32,000 nt of DNA from contig JADJDO010000001.1 of the NCBI GenBank assembly GCA_016702655.1, forward strand, positions 489,316-521,315. Direction: 5' to 3'. The position numbers and the translations under genes were made by a program. The notes under the pieces were generated by a model. It had not been told where the DNA came from, ran no database searches, and saw nothing but the letters and a program-made list of their open reading frames with translations. The DNA comes from Ideonella sp. Lineage in GTDB: Bacteria; Pseudomonadota; Gammaproteobacteria; Burkholderiales; Burkholderiaceae_C. Positions within the stretch are counted from its first letter, which is position 1, and every line of letters begins with the position of its first letter. Of this stretch, positions 28,083 through 32,000 are shown piece after piece.

Positions 28083-29374
28083 TCAGGGGAACGGGTAAGG
28101 CTGATCGTCCGGCGTGTCGAGCGCGATGCGGCGGTAGTGCGCGCGCCAGGTGTCGGGCGGGTAGCTCGCCGGGTCGCGCGGCGCGAGGTAGTCGGCGATG
28201 TCGAAGTGATTGACGTGGCCGGCAAGCGCTTCGCAATCGAGTCGTGCGGTGCCTGCGATGTGCGACATGATCGAACGACACAGCAGCGAGTAGGCCCAGG
28301 GCGCGGCGCCAATGCCGTCCAGGCCCACGCCCGGAAGTAAAGGTTCGCGGCATCCAGGCTGCGGAAGATGCAGCCGCAGCGCGCTGCCAGCGCCGGCAGC
28401 GTGCGCAGCGAGGCGATCGCGGGATCGTCGAAGTACGCCAGGTCGACGCCGTAGCCGGCCCCAGAGCAAGGGGCTCGACGCGTTGCCCGTCGGACAGCGT
28501 GACCGTGCGGCCGGCGATGGCGGTCACGCAGCCGCGATGGCGGTCGATCTGCGCGAAGTGCTCGACCATGCCCGGCCGGCCGGGGATCAGCTCGTCGTGC
28601 CGAACGTCGAAGTCGTGCCCGGGCATGAGTTCGTCGATGCCGAACTTCGCATAGCGCGTGCGCATGTCGGCGCCATGGCGGCGTCGCCCGCCGACGCGTC
28701 GCTGGCCGCAGGACCGCGCACGCTGCCCGCGACGTGCTTGGGCTTGCGCGTCGGCACGCACCGCGCATGGCCGCGGTAGACCCAGGCGACCCGCCGGCGC
28801 CGTGCTCAAGCACAGATCGAGCAGGTCGAATGCGGAAGCACCGCCGCCGACCACGAGCACGTCACGCCCGGCGAGTTCGACCGGGTCGCGCAGCGCGCTC
28901 GAGTGCCGTTCGCGCACGCTGCTGTGCGCACGCTCGACCGGCGGAATCAGCGGCGTGTTGTGCGCCCCCGTTGCGGCAACCAGGTGCCGCGCACGCACCT
29001 CACCAAGCGATGTGACAAGTTCCCAGCCCGGACCCGACCCCGAAGAAGTGACGGCGCGGGCATGCCGCACCGGCGTGTCGAAGCGGATGCCGTCGGCGAG
29101 GCCGAAGCGCGCGACCCAGGCCTCGATGTTGGCCAGGATGTGCGGCTGCGTCGCGCCGTGCAGCGGCAGGTCGCCGAGCGCCCAGTCGGCGGGGCTGATC
29201 TGGATGTCCTGCCACGCCGGGAGCTCCCGCCACAGGCCGCCGACGCCGCCCTGGCGTTCGAGCACGATCGCGTCGAGCCCGGCCCGGCGCGCGTAGGTCA
29301 GGGCAACGACGCCGGCCAGGCCGGCGCCAAGCGCGATCTGGCGCGCGCGCGTTGGCTGGATTCCGCCAAGCCAT
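28083..29374 (-). pseudogene. Flavin-containing monooxygenase-like NAD(P)/FAD oxidoreductase, at least 5 frame breaks
   Basis: MAWRNPANARA | RQIALGAGLAGVVALTYARRAGLDAIVLERQGGVGGLWRELPAWQDIQI...HLVAATGAHNTPLIPPV...GRDVLVVGGGASAFDLLDLCL | EHGAG | RVAWVYRGHARCVPTRKPK.. | ..RYAKFGIDELMPGHDFDVRHDELIPGRPGMVEHFAQIDRHRGCVTAIAGRTVTLSDGQRVE.. | ..GYGVDLAYFDDPAIASLRTLPALAARCGCIFRSLDAANLYF.. | ..GLDGIGAAPWAYSLLCRSIMSHIAG...PDDQPYPFP*. The first break lies in the (GC)n run 29340-29351. Confidence 0.7.
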
Positions 29375-29454
29375 CGCGCGGGGAAGCCCCAAGGGGCGGC
29401 GCTGCCGACACACCTTATGCTCTGCACACTCCACCCCGTTGCGACAGGATCGCC

Positions 29455-30432
29455 ATGAACATTTCCCGACTTGCCTGTGTCCTCGGCGCAGCTACGCTCG
29501 GCCTCGCCGGCCTGGCCCAGGCCCAGACCAAGTGGGACCTGCCCGCCGGTTACTCGGCGAGCAACTTCCACACCGAGAACCTGGTGCAGTTCGCCAGCGA
29601 CGTCGACAAGGCGACGGGCGGCAAGCTCAAGATCACGGTGCACGCCAACGGGTCGCTGTTCAAGGCGCCCGAGATCAAGCGCGCGGTGCAGGGCGGGCAG
29701 GCGCAGATCGGCGAGATCCTGCTCGTCAACTTCGAGAACGAGAACGCGCTCTTCGGCGTCGACGGCCTGCCCTTCCTCGCCACCGGGTATCCGCAGGCGA
29801 AGAAGCTCGCCGCGGCGCAGAAGCCCGCGCTCGACAAGGTCCTCGCGGCGCAGGGCATCAAGCTGCTCTACACCGTGCCGTGGCCGCCGCAGGGCATCTA
29901 TGCCAACAAGCAGATCGGCTCGGTGGCCGAGATGCGCGGCCTGAAGTGGCGCGCCTACAGCCCGGCGACGGCCAAGATCGCCGAACTCGTCGGCGCACAG
30001 CCGGTGACGGTGCAGGCCGCCGAGTTGTCGCAGGCGCTCGCCACGGGCCTCGTCAACAGCTACATGAGTTCGGGATCGACCGGCTACGACACCAAGACCT
30101 ACGAGACGCTCAAGTTCTGGCACGACACCCAGGCCTGGCTGCCCAAGAACGCGATCATCGTCAACCAGGCCGCGTTCAACGCGCTCGACGCAGCGACGCA
30201 GCAGGCAGTCCTGAAGGCGGCGACGGACGCCGAGCTGCGCGGCTGGAAGATCAGCCAGGAGAAGAACGACTGGTACAAGAAGGCACTGGCCGAGAAAGGC
30301 ATGACGATCGTCGCGCCCTCGCCCAAGCTCGTCGGGGATCTGAAACAGGTCGGCAGCATCATGCTCGTCGACTGGGAGAAGAAGGCCGGCGCCGACGGTG
30401 CGGCGGTGCTCGCTGCGTTCCGCAAGCCGTGA
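29455..30432 (+). CDS. dctP: TRAP transporter substrate-binding protein (DctP family)
   Basis: I chose the start MNISRLACVLGAATLGLAGLAQA (signal peptide). 325 aa, intact. The track ORF starts far upstream at 28903. Confidence 0.9.
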   Translation: MNISRLACVLGAATLGLAGLAQAQTKWDLPAGYSASNFHTENLVQFASDVDKATGGKLKITVHANGSLFKAPEIKRAVQGGQAQIGEILLVNFENENALFGVDGLPFLATGYPQAKKLAAAQKPALDKVLAAQGIKLLYTVPWPPQGIYANKQIGSVAEMRGLKWRAYSPATAKIAELVGAQPVTVQAAELSQALATGLVNSYMSSGSTGYDTKTYETLKFWHDTQAWLPKNAIIVNQAAFNALDAATQQAVLKAATDAELRGWKISQEKNDWYKKALAEKGMTIVAPSPKLVGDLKQVGSIMLVDWEKKAGADGAAVLAAFRKP

Positions 30433-30461
30433 CGCTGCCGCGCTGAGAAGCGCTGCCCGCC

Positions 30462-30971
30462 GTGCGCAACGCGCTCGACCGCCTCTACGATGCCGCGGCG
30501 GCGCTCGCGGCACTGTTCATGGTCGGGCTGCTGGCGATGGTGCTGCTGTCGATCGTCAGCCGCCAGTTGCACTTTCACGTTCCCGGCACCGACGCCTATG
30601 CCGGCTATCTGATGGCCGGCGCCGGCTTCCTCGCGCTCGCGCATACGCTCAAGCGCGGCGAACACATCCGCGTCACGCTGCTCCTGTCGGCGCTGCCGGG
30701 CGCCGGGCGGCGCGCGCTCGAGCTGTGGTCGCTCGCTGCGGCGTCGCTGCTCGCCTGGCTGTTCGCGTTCTATGCGGCCCGGCTCGCCTGGCAGTCACAC
30801 GCCTTCCACGACGTGTCGACCGCCAGCGACGCGACGCCGCTGTGGCTGCCCCAGTTGGCGATGGCCCTCGGCACGCTGATCCTGGCGATCGCCTTCGTCG
30901 ACGAGTTCGTGCTCGAACTGCGCGGCCGGCGGCGCGCGGCCCAGAGCGCCGAGATGCTGCACAACGAATGA
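30462..30971 (+). CDS. dctQ: TRAP transporter small permease (DctQ family)
   Basis: 169 aa, four hydrophobic segments, GTG start. Lies between dctP and dctM. Confidence 0.85.
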   Translation: MRNALDRLYDAAAALAALFMVGLLAMVLLSIVSRQLHFHVPGTDAYAGYLMAGAGFLALAHTLKRGEHIRVTLLLSALPGAGRRALELWSLAAASLLAWLFAFYAARLAWQSHAFHDVSTASDATPLWLPQLAMALGTLILAIAFVDEFVLELRGRRRAAQSAEMLHNE

Positions 30972-30981
30972 GCGCCTGCCG

Positions 30982-32000
30982 GTGAACGAGGTCGCCGTCA
31001 CCGCGCTGCTCGTCGTGGCGCTGTTCATGATCCTCGCCAGCGGCGTCTGGATCGGGCTCACGCTGTCGGGCGTGGCCTGGATCGGCATGCAGCTCTTCTC
31101 GTCGCGGCCGGCCGGCGACGCGATGGCGGTCACGATCTGGGGCTCGTCGTCGAGCTGGACGCTGACCGCGCTGCCGCTCTTCATCTGGATGGGCGAGATC
31201 CTGTTTCGCACGCGGCTCTCGCAGGACATGTTTCGCGGCCTCGCGCCGTGGATGCAGCGCCTGCCCGGGCGCCTGCTGCACACCAACGTGATCGGCTGCG
31301 CGATCTTCGCCGCCGTGTCGGGCTCGAGCGCCGCCACCTGCGCGACCATCGGCAAGATGAGCCTGCCCGAGCTGGCCAAACGCGGCTATCCGGATGCGAT
31401 GGCCGTCGGCTCGCTGGCCGGCGCCGGCACGCTCGGCCTGCTGATCCCGCCCTCGATCATCATGATCGTCTACGGCGTGATCGCCGACGTATCGATCTCC
31501 GAGCTCTTCATCGCGGGCGTGCTGCCGGGCGTCCTGCTCGCGCTGCTGTTCTCGGGCTACATCGCGCTCTGGGCCTGGCGCAACCCCAGCCAAGTGCCGC
31601 CGCCGGACGCGCCGCTGAGCCTGCGCGAGAAGCTGCGCGAGTCGCGCAACCTGATCCCCGTCGTGCTGCTGATCCTGGCCGTGCTGGGCTCGATCTACGC
31701 CGGCATTGCCACCGCCACCGAGGCCGCGGCGGTCGGCGTCGTCGGCGCGCTGTTGATCTCGGGCCTGCAGGGGTCGCTGTCGTGGACAGCCTTTCGCGAG
31801 TCGCTGATGGGCGGCACGCGGCTGTACTGCATGATCGCGCTGATCCTCGCCGGGGCGTCATTCCTCACGCTCTCGATGGGCTACATCGGCCTGCCCCGCC
31901 ACTTGGCAGAATGGATCGCGTCGCTCGGCCTGAGCCAGTTCCAACTCATCCTGATGCTGGCCGCGTTCTACGTCGTGCTGGGCTGCTTCCTGGACGGCAT
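30982..32000 (+). CDS. dctM: TRAP transporter large permease (DctM family), 3'-partial (missing from the ORF track because it has no stop in the window)
   Basis: My translation from the GTG at 30982: VNEVAVTALLVVALFMILASGVWIGLTLSGVAWIGMQLFSSRPAGDAMAVTIWGSSSSWTLTALPLFIWMGEILFRTRLSQDMFRGLAPWMQRLPGRLLHTNVIGCAIFAAVSGSSAATCATIGKMSLPEL.... Open to the window end. Confidence 0.9.
   Translation, partial: MNEVAVTALLVVALFMILASGVWIGLTLSGVAWIGMQLFSSRPAGDAMAVTIWGSSSSWTLTALPLFIWMGEILFRTRLSQDMFRGLAPWMQRLPGRLLHTNVIGCAIFAAVSGSSAATCATIGKMSLPELAKRGYPDAMAVGSLAGAGTLGLLIPPSIIMIVYGVIADVSISELFIAGVLPGVLLALLFSGYIALWAWRNPSQVPPPDAPLSLREKLRESRNLIPVVLLILAVLGSIYAGIATATEAAAVGVVGALLISGLQGSLSWTAFRESLMGGTRLYCMIALILAGASFLTLSMGYIGLPRHLAEWIASLGLSQFQLILMLAAFYVVLGCFLDG

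Noticed and set aside
27880-30513. 877-aa minus-strand ORF
   Set aside because: Only its central segment (about 28800-29345) is real coding sequence, namely one frame of the FMO pseudogene. The rest runs antisense through dctP or out of frame through the racemase-like gene.

Overview
High-GC, betaproteobacterial-type chromosome segment (the exact taxon cannot be shown from this window). All genes in 1-13.3 kb are on the minus strand. They are: the 5' part of a group II intron whose RT ORF runs off the window start; a lipid-related operon (CDP-alcohol phosphatidyltransferase, TVP38-FAD oxidoreductase fusion, DUF3047, FAD oxidoreductase, cardiolipin synthase); a bufferin-type RiPP cluster (DUF2282 precursor, DUF692/MbnB-like, DUF2063); and a fused hydantoinase A/B (5-oxoprolinase) gene that is badly degraded. 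The main result is that this oxoprolinase gene is split by a 7.8-kb AT-richer integrative element (13302-21124) flanked by a perfect 13-bp direct repeat. The gene's original first 13 codons sit at 21112-21151. The element carries a large tyrosine integrase next to attR, a second small FimB/E-sized tyrosine recombinase, a possible HUH-motif protein, two possibly related proteins of unknown function, and a three-gene operon (membrane/coiled-coil protein, HEPN-like protein, YbjN-like protein). That operon is my best candidate for an undescribed module. 21.1-24.6 kb holds toxin-antitoxin loci (VapBC, a DUF6516/TumE-like toxin with an HTH partner, and a very degenerate HigBA-like trace) plus a putative lipoprotein. 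24.6-32 kb holds an OmpR-type two-component system, a Spy/CpxP-like protein, an Asp/Glu-racemase-like gene, a fragmented flavin monooxygenase and a TRAP transporter (dctPQM; dctM runs off the window end). Caveat: the supplied ORF track is misleading in both directions. Many long track ORFs are GC-rich antisense artefacts. Many real genes are broken by single-base indels, mostly at homopolymer runs, so I rebuilt them by reading across frames. Those boundaries and frameshift positions are approximate. No rRNA, tRNA or CRISPR array was found.
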